Below, piece after piece: positions 1 to 12,359 of a stretch of DNA of 64,000 bases (its first letter is position 1; every line of letters begins with the position of its first letter). The notes beneath the pieces are model-generated. The model was not told where the DNA came from. It saw nothing but the letters and a program-made list of their open reading frames with translations, and searched no databases. A program made the translations under genes and the position numbers. Source of the DNA: Caecitellus pseudoparvulus (lineage: Eukaryota; Protista; Bigyra: Bicosoecida); the NCBI GenBank assembly GCA_965644315.1, contig CBFFRQ010000068.1:806001-870000 (forward strand), written 5' to 3'.

Positions 1-3000
1 CCTTTCCGGCCTCGCCGCCTTCATCTGCAGCCCCTGCCTCCTGCTGCACCGTGCCATCGGCACCCCGGTTGTAAGCCGCTGATGCCGGTCCGTCAATGCA
101 CAACGAGCGCTCCGCCTTGGCTGAGCGCCTGAAAATTTGCCGCTTGATGCCGTGGGTTGGAGCGCCCACACGAATGGCAGTGGCATCGCGAAGAGCCACA
201 GCCCACAGCAGGTCACACTGCTGCCTGGACGAGAAGTACAAGACCTGGATCAAGTTCAGGGACGAGTCCAGCTTCACACGCATGGTGCGCACCTTCACCT
301 TGCCGGACCTGTGCATGAAGGGGCAGAACCAGATGTCCAGCTCTGCCCCGCTTGTCAGGGCCGCCAACGTGCCCTTTGGAAAGTCGTCGAAGGGCACGAT
401 GCCTGCCACCATGCGTGCCTGCCACTCTGGGACCTCCTCGGCGGACTCCTCGGCTGCCTCTGCCTCCCCGTCCGCTTCCTCGCTGCCCTCCTCTGTCAAG
501 TCCTCCAGCACGGCAGCCAACTGCAGGCGCCGGGCGCCGCCACTGGACCGCTTGTTGCGCGCCAGCTTCCTGAAGCGCGCTTCGCCGGTGTAAAGACTCT
601 CCAGCACCGCACCACATGCTGCATACGGCGCGTCTTCCCCCAGAATCGCGTACCGCAAAGCCAGGGCCTCCACCACCCAGTTCACGCCCGCCTCCATGAG
701 AAGAGAGGCGCCCTGAAAGCTGGCTCCACTCAGCGCCCCCGTGAGCTCCACAGCCTTTGAAGACACCTTGTCAGTCAACATGCGGTCCTGGTCCCAGCAG
801 AACTGCCCCAAGATTTCCGGTACACCCTGCACTTTGACAAGGGCCACACACGCTGGCTGAGTACCTGCCACACGCGCCATGACGCGCAGCACTGCGTACT
901 GCAGAGCGTGCTGCTTCGCCTCGTCAAACGTGCGATACAGCTCCACGCACGCTTCGCCGACCTCCGTGGCCACTGCCTGGGAGAAGTCGGGGTCCTCTGC
1001 CCAGACAGACAGCAGGCCCAGGGCTTGCTGGCACAGCTGCATGGGGTCCACTTTGCGCAGGTCTCTGTTTTGGGCCACTGCACCGTCGGGTGGGCCAGCC
1101 AAGGGCATCTCCATCGTCTCTACGCCTGGAGCCCCACCCGCAGCTCGACTTCCGTCCTCCTCCTCATCCTCCTCATCCTCCTCATCATCCAGGGCGCCAC
1201 GACGGTCAGCGGCGTCGAACGCCTCCAGGCGCTCAGGGTGCACAATTGCCACGGCAGATCGACGAGCAACCCACAGCAAACTTGTGGCAGTCTTAAGCTG
1301 CACTGCAGCAGTGCAGATGGTGGCAAGGTGTTCGTCTTTGGAGGCCAGGTTGGCGATCTTAATGAGTTGGGACACGACGTAGTCCTCGCGTCGGTGAGTG
1401 TCCAGCACGCTGAGGAGCACCGTCTGCACCCCCGCTTCCATGCAAGCCTTGCGTGTCACTGCCGCGATGCGCTCCTGCTCTTCAAGGTCCGACACCATGG
1501 GCTTCAGCATCTGGGCCAAGAGGAACCCCCCTCGAAGACACAGCTCCGCGTCGTGGTCGCAAGACCGCATCACAAACACCACATCTGCCGCCAGGGATGT
1601 TCGCTGGGTCAGGCGCAGCAGCACTGAGGGGGTCTCAGTCAAGTACTGAATGGCGCGCAAGCACGCTGACACGATGGAGCTGTCGGCATAGTTCGCCTTC
1701 ATGGTTTCCGCAAGGACCTGCGGCACGCCGTCGTCGTACAGCCACTCGGCGACGACCACGGCCAAGTCCATGGCCATGAGCTCCTCTTGCGTCATGGGCT
1801 CTGAGGTGCTGCCTGCTGCCTCAGCTCGTAGCCGAAGCCCAGCCTCCAGCGCCCGCACAGCCTGCGCCTTGTCCAGGTGCTGGTCATCGATGGAGGCGAG
1901 GTTGCCCACGACGTCTGCAGCCACCTGCAGGGCGTCAGGGTGCTCTGCACACTGTTCCATGCCGGACTGCACGCCCTGGCCCACACCGTGTGCCATGACG
2001 GACACGATGTTCTCGTCACACCGTGTGAGGTTGCCGATGGCACGCAAGGCCATGGAGAACAGGTACGGGTCAGAGTCAAACACTTTCAGGCTCTGCACAA
2101 CTGTCGTGGAGCACTGCCGCCCAATGCCCAAGCGGACGCTGTCTGTGGTAAATGCCATGTTGCTCAGGGCACACATTGCGTCCTCCAAGATGCGCGGGTT
2201 GTCCAAGTGCTGTGACATGATGCAGCCCAAGGCTTCCACGCCACCCGCCAGCACGACCCGCAACACCCCCCCAGACATGCTCTCGCCCCCGTGCTCCTCC
2301 TCTGCACCCACGAGGGCATCAGCGGGCAGGACATCGCTCACTGTCTCCACCTCCTTGTCACAGGCGATGTTGGCCAGGATCTGCACCGCGAAGTGGGCGA
2401 TGCGGGGGTAGTCTTTCGCATCTTCGTCAGTCATGATCTGCTTGTATGGTGGTGGCTGCAGTTGGGCTGCTGCATGATCCTTGCCAGCCTTGGTAACGAG
2501 CGGGACGATGCCCGCCTGCTTCAAGTCGCCCAGGTACTGCAGCGACACAGTCATGGGGCGCAGGCCTGTGAGAGCTACATCCACCGTGTCCACATCCTGG
2601 GGGTGAGCTTCCAGACTCTTCCCCATGCCACGGTGCACCTGCGCGTCAATGGCGCAGCCGAGGTTCTGCACGTTATCGCATGCCCTGGCTATGCCCAGCA
2701 GGGCTCGGAAACTGACTTCCTTGTGGGTTTGAAACGCGCCAAGCTGCAGCAAGCCTGCCAAGGGCTCCATGTCTTCCCGTGGAATCTGCGGGATGGCGTC
2801 GCCGTCCACGTTCATGCAGACACGGTGCAACAGGGCCAAGCGCGACACCAACTCTGACCACGGGCCGTCGGGTGGTGCCTCCTCGCCCTCAGCGGGAACT
2901 GCGCCCTCAGCCATCACCACCCCTGCGGCCTTGCTCGCAGCTTTGAGAGCCTTGGCAAACCCTTCCCCGCTGTAGGCTTCGAAGACGCGCCCCAGTGCCG

Positions 3001-6000
3001 CCAGGATAGTTCGTGCGCGGCGGTGGAACGGGTGCTCTTCGCCGCAAATAACTGCAATGCGCTTAGTCGCACCACCCAGGGCAGCGAGGGAAGCCTCTGT
3101 GAATCCGCATGCTTTGACCCCCACACCAGAATGCCCTTCTCCTGACAGTGCAGAGACGACCAGTGCCTCCACAGCATCCGGCAGCGGCCCTGAGCCCGGC
3201 ATGGCAGTGGTGTCCAAGTCACCCAAAGCCACATCAGCCAGCAATCTCACAACCTCCATGCTCAGCAGTTCGTATGGAAGCAAGGAGGCCAAGTCCACGT
3301 CATGCTCCGCCGAGTCGGCCACTTCTGTGGAAGGCTGCGCGCCGGCGCCAGCTGACCCCGCTCCCACCAGCCCAGCCGCAGCAGCAGCCAAAAGCCCCGA
3401 AGACGCCATCCGCTCGATCCGAGCAGCGTTGGCGGCGTGAGGTGCCCGCGCCCCCAGGCCAGCCACCCGCCGAAGCACCTGCACAATGGCACAAGCTACC
3501 ACGACGTCAGCTCCCAGCCACTGCTTCAAGTGCTGCACTGAGCTCTCTGCCAGCAGAGGGGCGGCGTTCTCCACCGAGGCGCTGAAACTCGCGACCCCAG
3601 GCAGCCCTTCACAAGCCCGCAGCTCAACAACAGCCGAGTCGAGATCTGTGTGAGACAAGGCTCGCAGAGCAGGCAAGAGGCTGAATACCTTGGCCGACGC
3701 GTCAGGTGAGCATGTGGAGTCCACTGCCCACCAGTGGGCCGCTGGGTCGGAAGCAGTTTGTGCTGGGGAGGCCCCAGCGGCGCCCATGCTAGTGCTGGTG
3801 CGGGCATGGCGTGGGCCTGGACTGGACTCAGAGGGGGCCTCTGCGCTGCCTTTGGGCGCACGGTGCAGGCTGGCCACAGCAGTGTGCACCAGAGACGGCA
3901 GGAGCGGAAGGACGGGCATGTCGTACCTGGAGCAGGGTGGGCCCTTAACGTCCACTGGGGGCTGCTGCAGAGCGGTAGACAGCGCCGAGCAAGCGGAGCG
4001 CACCACTGGGTGACTGGAGTCCCACTGCACAGAGTCGTCGAGCAGGGTCACCTTGCCGCGGGGCGACACAGCCAAACATGGTCCATGCACGGTGTGCCCT
4101 CCCTCCTGCAGAGCGTGCAAGACAGCCCACAGCTGCCCTGCCGCTGGGGCCTTGGGCTCGGCGTTGGCAGCTGAGCTGGGCAAAACGGCTCGCAGGCCGC
4201 GCACGAGCTCTCGCACCCACGAGTCCGATGGGGCGAGCACAACAGCGCACAGGACAGAGGGAATCATCTGCACCGTGTCTGCGGGCCAGCTGTCGCCGTC
4301 GGCCGGGGCGTGGTGCAGGACTGCATGGATGGCATGCTGCAACACATCCGCTGCCGCGGACTGCGCCATGTGGCTGATGGAGTCTGGAGCTTCTGTCCGG
4401 CCTCGTTCCACCGCAGTGAGCAGCGTCAGGAGGCCAGTGGACTGCACTGCCGCCCAGCCTTGAGCATCCAGCGCGGGTGATCCGGGGAACAGCGCCGTCA
4501 GCACCGACTGCACACCCTGCAAAATGCTCACCCCTGCCTCCTCGTCCATTGTCCAGGGCGCCCCATGGGCATCCATGAAACTGCGCAGCGCCAGGCATGC
4601 GCCGAAGACACCCAATCGCGCGACGAGCCTGGCACCTGAGCTACCCGATCCAAGCTCTGCCGCTGACGCTGAAGCGTCCTCGGCATCCATCTGAGCCACC
4701 TCTGTGTTCAGAGCTTCCACTGCCGATGGCTCGCCGAGGTATGTCTCGGCAGTGCTCGTACCCTCGCCGTCTGCGCAAGCGGCCGCCCATGCCCGAGCCA
4801 ATGCTTGCAGGAGAGCAGAGAGTGCAGCGGCTGACGCTCCCAGGCCAGCGCTGACGTCCAACTCCACGAACAAACCCTCGTCCTCATCCTCATCTTCGTC
4901 CTCCGCCGCCCCAGCGGCAGTGGCCGACTCTTCCTCAAACTCCACGGCAGCCGTGTCCTGCAGCGTGCCGAGGCAGGCTGACAAGGCCACCATGGCCTCC
5001 TGCACTGCTGCGATGACGTACTGTGACACGTCACTGGGCAGCACGGGGTCCGACGCAAGCGTCGCAGACAGCTTGCTTACAGCCGTGCCGACACGGCTCA
5101 CTGCACGCACGAAGTGCACCGCGCGGTGACGGGCCGCTGCGTCGTGCCCGGCTTTCGAGACGACCTTGAGCCTGTGGCGCCGAAGAGCCAGGACCTGCTG
5201 CCTTAGAGCTGTCGCCACGCCGGCAGCGCCCGCCTTCCCTGCCCCACCATCGAGCGCTGCCAGGGCCTGGGACGCAGCGGTGACCACCTCTGACGCCACG
5301 CCTGACTGTGACACGGCAGCAATCAGAATGTCCCGTGCACCAGCGCGCTTCAGAACTTCTCTTATGTCGTCCAGGGCGTCAGCGTCAGCAACGTGGGCCG
5401 TCTCGAGGGTGCACGCAGACGTAACACACAGCGACAGCGGCAAGGCGGACGCTGCCGCAGTGCCGTACTCTTCCCTCCCGGCACCCGCCTTTACTGCGGC
5501 GAGGAGCGCCTTGCGCAAGCCCAATGCGAGGCGATCCGCGGGCTGCGCTGGTGGCAATGGCTCCTCGCCGCACGCGCTGCACAACACAAGCTGGAGATTC
5601 AGCGCGCTGCCCAGGAAGTCCTCGGCAAGCGGCTGCTCGGCGGAGCAGATGCGAGCGATGCCACGAGCACACACTGTGGAGGCAGCGATGCCGACAGACT
5701 CAACAACAGCTGCTGACAGGTCTGCCGCTGCCTGCGCGTTGCTTTGTGCCATGCTGGCAGCTGCCTGCAACGCCAACGAAGCCGTGTCTGCAGCGGAGCC
5801 CGGGCCCCACTCAGCTGCCAGCGCCGGAGCCGTGGCGATGGCATCCTGGGCGGTGCGCAGAGCCAGGAGGTGGGCGCCTCGCTCGGCGAGAGCGTCAGTG
5901 GCGCCGCCATCAGCACAGCGCGCCAGCAGGGTCATACCAGCTGACACAGAGGCGGGGTCCCAGTCGTCCACGGCTGCTGTCAGCATGGCCAAGACGGAGT

Positions 6001-9000
6001 CCAGCGTGGTTTCCTCTGCCATGACTGCAGAGGCAGCTTCTGGGGAGGTGACGGCGGCTGCCAGCGCTCGAAGGAGGTCTGCAGGGGCCAGGCTGCCATC
6101 CCCTGAGCCTTCACCGAGGGAGTTGAGGAGCACAGGGATACTGCCCAGGGCGATATCAACCCAGCCTTCTCTTTGCGTGTCGCCGGCGGCCAGCAGAGAG
6201 GACAGCAGCTGCACAGCCTGATTCAAAAGGGGGGCCAGGGAAGCCAGCGTGACAGAGGGTGGCAGGGTTACGGATCCATCCCGCACGCCTTGCGCGATAG
6301 CGAGCAGGTTCTGGCACGCAGCAGCGACATCAGACCAGGACGCCGAGCCGTCAGCCGAAGATGCCAGGGCACACAGTGTGGTCAGCGCAATGCCAGCAGT
6401 GCGCAGCGTGGATGCCTTCACCTTGCCTGACGAAATCGTAGACGTCAGGCGGCTCAGCATGCTGCAAGCATCGTCGACGGATGACGCGTCGGCCAGGCGT
6501 GTGAGCACTTCCGTGAGCACTGTCCGGCACTGAGCAAGAGCTCCGTGGGTGCCTTTAGCGGAAGCGCCCTCGCCACCCTCCACCTCCGCCAAGGCGTCCA
6601 GGGTGGACAGCAGCACATCCACGGCGCCCTGCTTCTTCAGCAAGCTGGCACCCGCCTCGTAGCCGGACACGGCGTGCAGCAGATGAGAGGCCGAGAGGAA
6701 TGCACCGGGTCCGACCTTCCCCGCACCGTCCGCTTCCAGACCCATCCACCTGTTCGCAACTGCGGCTTTGCCGCGCTTGTCTCCCGAGCCAAAGGCAGTC
6801 GTGAGCTCGCGCAGAACTTGGCGCGAACCACCGCGTGTTGCGACGGCCTCTGCACCGAATGAGTCCTCTGTGGGGAGGCCCCAGCCAGCCACAACAGCCA
6901 TAGCACGGGCAGCACGGTCGACAAGCACCAGGGCCGCTGCAGCATGTGTGCGCAACGCCGCGGTCAGGGCCTCGACAGAGCCCACATCCACCATGGCTGC
7001 CAGAATGCCCACTGCCACGGAATCGCCTGCCGCCATCGCGCCTAGCATCCCACACACAGAGCTGGCAGCAGTCTGGAGGTGGACCTTGTTGTTCAGAGCC
7101 TTGACTGCAGTTTTGGCGACGGCAGGCTTCAGCAACGCAAGGCCAACAGCGCGGGCCTCTGGGCTCAGGCTGCTGCCAGCCTTGCGCGAGGTGGCGGCGG
7201 CCCGCAGCGTGGCGACGCGCTCTGGGCTCGCCCTCCGAGTCCACAGCATTCGGCGGGTGAATGCCTCTGCAGCAGAGCTGGCCTGTGTGATGCCGGCAGC
7301 GCCTTGGTTGGAGCCGAGGCGGATGAGGTTGGCCAGGACGTTGGCAGTGGCGGCGAGGAGGTCCTCCTGGAACGTCTCAGGCAGTGACTTATCGCGCTCC
7401 ACCATGCTCCGCCTGCCCCCCAGCAAGACCGCAGTCTTGAGCTTGCCCATGAGGCGCCGGGAGTTGGCGCCCTTGCCGCCCATGCCAGCAGCCTTCCCCT
7501 TGCCGCCGCCGCCGGGTGCTTTGCCCAAGGAAGCCACACCCTTGATGAGGGTGAGCACGGACAGAAAGGTAACCAGCAAGGATGCTCCGTCAGATTGGAT
7601 GAGGTGGTAGGCCAGGCGAGTGGACACAGCCGCTGCTTGAAGCAACTTCATGGAGTCGATGGAGTCCATGGCAGCTCCCAGAACAGAGCCCGACAGGGAC
7701 CCGGATGTGACGTCAGAGCTGTGCAGCAGGCCTGGCCCAGCCAACTCACCCCTCGCAATGCTGAAGAGGTCCTTGTCCACGCAAGACTCGCGGATCAAAT
7801 TCAGCGCACCAGAGAGCTGGCGCACCGCCGCATCCACAGCATCCTCTGTGAGCAGCACTTCCACTGCAAGCAGGTAAGCGCCTGCCACCAGGACGTTGCT
7901 GTCGTGAGCCAGGAAAGCAGACAGTAGCTCAGACACTGTCCCGCCGTCATTCAACTTGGTCATGGCCTCTTCCCCGCCTGCCAGGCGCAAGGCCGCCGCC
8001 AGCTCGATGGCAGCCACAGCCAGCGATGCCCCGTCAACCCTCGTGGCAGCTTCTGTGGGCACCACAGTCCGTTTCGGCTTCAGGCGCCCAGCAATGGTGG
8101 GCGTGCGCTTGAGCACGCTGGCCGCCCGGCGCTTAGATGCTGAGTCGCCCTCTAGCGCAGCCGCAGCTGCCGACGCGTCGTCCACACCACCGAGGTGAGT
8201 AGCAGACCCCGAGCGGCTACGAGAAGGGCTTCCAGGGCTGTCGTCAGAGCCTGATACGGATGACGAACCGCCTGCCTCTGCGGCGAGCTTCAGTGCAGCT
8301 GCCAGGACCTTCACGATGCCGGCACGCAGCGTGGCTGCGGCAGCGGCGGCGGCGCTGGCAGCTGGGCCGCGCAGTGCGCCAGCAAGCACTTCAGACCCAA
8401 ACAGCTGAAGAGTGGGCACTTCATCGAAGGTGCCCATGAGCTGCACGAGAGCAGCCAGCCACTGGCAGGCGTCCACTCCTTCCGGCCAGTGAGCGTGAAG
8501 CTGCAGGGCGCGAGCGTATCGGGCACAGGCCGCAGCCACGACGCCATCTTGCGAAGCCGGCATCTGAGCGACTTGCAGTGCCCAAGCGTGCACGTGCCCG
8601 CCTTGAGCGGCGTTGATGGCCGCTGCGGCCTCTCGAGAGACAAGGAGGGCAGAGAACAGGCCGAGGCCTTCAGCCAAAAGGAAGGGCTCGACACCGGGGC
8701 GCGTCATGCCCTCGTCCCGAAGCAGCCCGCACACAAAGTCGGGGACGCCCACGGCCAGGGCTGCATCGATGATAGCCCTGCCGCTGGTCGCAATGGCTCG
8801 TCGCACAGCCTGCATGGCGGAGAAGGCCACTCGGGGGCTGGGGGCGTCGGTGGAGATGAGCCGAGCCACCTGCAGCAGCAGCGCGCCGTCGTCTGCCAGG
8901 AGCTGCTCCACGATGGACGCGTCAGACGCCAGGGATGCGAGGAGCCCTGCCGTGAACTGCGCCTCGCGCACGTTCACAGCAGCGCCCTCTGCGTCCACAC

Positions 9001-10016
9001 CGCCAGCCTTGGACACCAGCGTCGCGACGTCCTGCCCCACGATGCGGGTGAGCACACGCACGCCGATGGCGCCTGCGGCGGGCCAACGCTGGGCCCACTC
9101 CACAGCTGGAGCTAGACGCGCCACAAGCGTGCCGTCAGCCCGTAGAGCCTGCAACCCGATTTCGGAGCGGGACAGGCGGTCTGCCACGCGGAAGCCATGC
9201 AAGATGTGCTTGTTGCTGTGCACTGAATCGTCGTCAAAGACACGGCAGGCGCCAACGACCCGCGACAGCGCCTCAGGCTCTGCCAGCACAGCCAGGGCGT
9301 CCTTGCATCGCAGGCAGGCAGCCATGGCTTGCAGCGCCAGGCGCATGGGTGTCGGGGCGTGCAGACCGTCCACGGGCAGCTGAGCGGCATCCTCGGCGTC
9401 ACCATCGTCCTCTGGGTGGGGCAGGAAGGCCAAGATGCCGCCCAGCACGCCAGCTTCCACGGCTGCATCTGGGCCTGCTGCCGCGCAAGACAGGGTGGTG
9501 GAGGTGAAGGAGCGGGAGATGGAGACAGCTGCCTCCAGGTCGTCGTCATCAGCGCCAGAGCCGGAGGTGGCACGCTGGGCGCTGGCCCAGAAGGTGGCAA
9601 ATGTGTCCAAAATGGAGTGGGGCTCCTCTGTCACCTGCGGCAACATGCCCTTGGCTGCGCCTGCCGAAGCCATGGCTCCCAGTGCCTGCAGGCCACAGGT
9701 CAGGAGCTCAGCATCCTCAGGGTCCTTTGCCAGCACTTCTGCCAGCACAGGCGCTGCCCCACAGGCAAACGCTTCGCGTGCGTGGTCTTGCCAGCCAATG
9801 TTGGGGGGCGCCGCAGTCTTGACGAGTGCCTGGAGGCGAGGGGGGCTCGGCGCATGTGCTTGTTGAAGCGGTGGCAGAGGGCAGACTTCCGCACGCGCCC
9901 TGGAAGGGCCGGGCCGGCACACTCACCTGCATGGAATATGCGGCGAGTCGCTTGAAGTTTTTGTGCTTGCGCACAGATGCGACGAGGTCCGCCACACTGG
10001 TTCCCTTGCTCGCCAT
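1..10016 (-). CDS. Giant armadillo/HEAT-repeat protein with C-terminal PH-like domain, GAC (glideosome-associated connector)-like; 3'-partial, >3,300 aa
   Basis: Exon 1 10016-9927 (MASKGTSVADLVASVRKHKNFKRLAAYSMQ); GTGAGT...CCTCCAG intron 9926-9830; exon 2 from 9829 to base 1 in a single frame. The ORF track lists no minus-strand ORF in this frame, consistent with no stop before the edge. ARM-like helices include LEDAMCALSNMAF, ALRAIGNLTRCDENI and LQVAADVVGNLAS. A beta-rich PH-like segment lies at ~60-400 (LTSGAELDIWF...KVRTMRVKLDSSLNLIQVLY...VALRDATAIRVG...RSAKAERSLCIDG). Confidence 0.85.
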
Positions 10017-10714
10017 GGCTCAAGCGTTCCGCCGCGTGGGCGCCGTGGGGGGGTGGAAATTCCGCAGCACCTGGTGCTGGGTGGGCAGCCTCGCTGCACT
10101 CAGCTCAGACTCTCCAGCGTGCCCATGCACCGATCACATGCCCATTCCACCTCGTGCGGGTGGTGGGCACGTTAGCATCAGCTCGTGTTCACGCATCACG
10201 TCGCATTTTGACTCAGCCGCGCGTGTGCAGCCCTGCAAGCTTTCGAGCCTCAACCCTCCAAGCAAGCTGGGGGCAGGAGCTTGCGCCCTGGGGATGAATG
10301 CACAGCCCCTTGGACTTTGGGTATGACAGCAATACGACAGGGTCGGCGCAAGTGGCTGAGCCCGCCGAGCACACGCAGGTGCTCGCCCTTGCGGCGGGAC
10401 GCAGCGGGGCACTGCAACACACTGCGCTGCCGAAGCCAGCCAGTCGCCCCGCCACCAAGCGGAGGTTGCGAAGCGACTGGCTGGCCGATCAGCAACAAAA
10501 TCAAACACTTACATCACGCGGCCCCGTGAGAGTTTGAGTGTATCACCCCTGATTGTTTGGAGACTCCAGGTGTGGGACGATCGCCGATAGACGCCAGCGA
10601 CAGCTGGCGGCGTGGTGCAGTGCAGCAGTGAACTGTGCCGAAACGCGGCGAGACCGGCGGGCTGGCTGAGCTGCTTGTGAAGGGACTTGCTGCACACGGT
10701 TGAGCGCGCCGACA

Positions 10715-12271
10715 ATGGACCTCAGCAAGGAGGATAGGAACGAGCTGCTGTTCGTCGGCTTCAACCAAGACCAAGGTGAGGCAGGGCCCGCCAGCGAAGC
10801 AGCACGTGCAGCGTGAAACCCCAGAGCTGCAGCAGCGCCCAGCGCAAGGCGCGCACTGCTCCGCGCTTTCCTCCATTCCGCGCAGGCTGCTTCGCCTGTG
10901 GGACTGACACTGGTTTTCGCATTTACAATGTTGACCCGTTCAAGGAGACCTTCAGACGAGGTGCGTTTCATGTGGCACCAAGCACGTTTCAGGCAGCGCC
11001 GCGTGCACCAGCTCACCTGCCACGGCGCTACGCAGAGTTCTCCCAGGGTGGCATTGGCCGGGTGGAGATGCTGTTCAGGTGCAACATTTTGGCTCTCGTG
11101 GGTGGGGGTAAGCACCCCAGGTTTCCTCCTCACAAAGTTCGTACTTCCAGCGAGGCAGGGGAGCCGCTGGTGTGGCACGCTTCACTTTCCCCTCGTGCAG
11201 GTAATGATCTGGGACGACCACCAGAACATGTGCATCGGGGAGCTGGCGTTCCGCTCGGATGTCCGCAACGTCAAGCTGAGGCGTGACAGGGTGGTGGTGG
11301 TGTTGCAGAACAAGCTCTACGTGTACAACTTTGCGGACCTGAACCTGCTGGACCACATCGAGACGGTGGACAACCCCCTTGGGCTGTGTGCCCTGTGCCC
11401 AGACCCCTTCAACACTGTCCTGGCATGCCCAAGCTTGCAGCAGGGGCACGTGCGGGTGGAGCTGTATGATGTGCGCCAACAAACCCTCATCCCAGCCCAC
11501 GAGACAGCGCTTGCCGCATTGACGCTGAACAGCACTGGGCGCCGCCTGGCGACAGCCAGCGAGAAGGGCACCCTCATCCGGGTGTTCGACACAGCCACTG
11601 GCGACTTGTTGCAGGAGCTGCGCCGTGGCGCAGACAAAGCAGTCATCTACTGCATTGCGTACGTGCTGGCGTGCGGCGTGGGTGCGCGCCTGCCGGCTCT
11701 CCATTGCCTCTTGCCCCCCTCCCTGCACAGATTTAGCCCAGACACCAAGTGGTTGGCTTGCACCAGTGACAAGGGCACTGTGCACATTTTCAAGCTGAAT
11801 GACGCAGTCGTCGAAGGGGGCAAGGCCGACGCGGCTGGTGCGCCTTCCGCGGCGTCGTCCACTGCTGCTGCAGCGGTCGCAGCGGCTCCTACCACTGTGA
11901 AGGGCGCCACCCCACCGAAAACTGGCGCGTCGCCGGCAGCCAGTGAAGGTGGCTCTGCACCAGCACCAGCTGCCTCCACTGCAGGTGGCGCTGGGGGCGG
12001 GGCGGAGGCAGGTGCTGCTGCGACAGAGGAGGCGCCCGGCAACGCCCGCTCCTCCTTCGCCTTCATGCGAGGCCTGCTGCCAAAGTACTTTTCCTCAGAG
12101 TGGAGTCACGCCCAGTTCAAGCTGGAGGAAACTCGCGCCCTGGTTGCTTTCGGGAAAGGCCACACCATTGTCGTCGTGACGGCAGAGGGCTCGTTCTACG
12201 TCGCGGACTTCTCAGCAGGCGCCACTGCAGAACGCACCACTTACTCCCAGTTTGTCAAACCTTCCTCATGA
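10715..12271 (+). CDS. ATG18: PROPPIN WD40 autophagy protein ATG18/WIPI3-4-like
   Basis: Exons 10715-10775, 10886-10960, 11036-11136, 11201-11658 and 11731-12271, all with GT-AG introns. Motifs [43 protein letters not shown], phosphoinositide-binding LRRG, and [10 protein letters not shown]. Confidence 0.95.
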
Positions 12272-12359
12272 GGGCAGGTGGCAATCCTGCAGCAGGAATT
12301 TCAGCATGCAGGTCGAGCTGTGTGCAATGCATCCGCTGTCCTTCCCTACGTAGGGTGCC

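Noticed and set aside
96-9955. Many plus-strand ORFs of 100-350 aa
   Set aside because: They are antisense shadows of the long minus-strand ARM gene in GC-rich DNA, with no recognisable domains.
10495-10540. Small hairpin / C-D-like motifs between the GAC-like gene and ATG18
   Set aside because: Better explained as a minus-strand GTAAGT 5'-UTR splice donor (10512); the stems are short.
10961-11730. Stop-free introns of 3n length (also in UTP6 and DNAL4) suggesting regulated retention or introners
   Set aside because: Expected by chance for short GC-rich introns, and the introns show no sequence similarity to each other.
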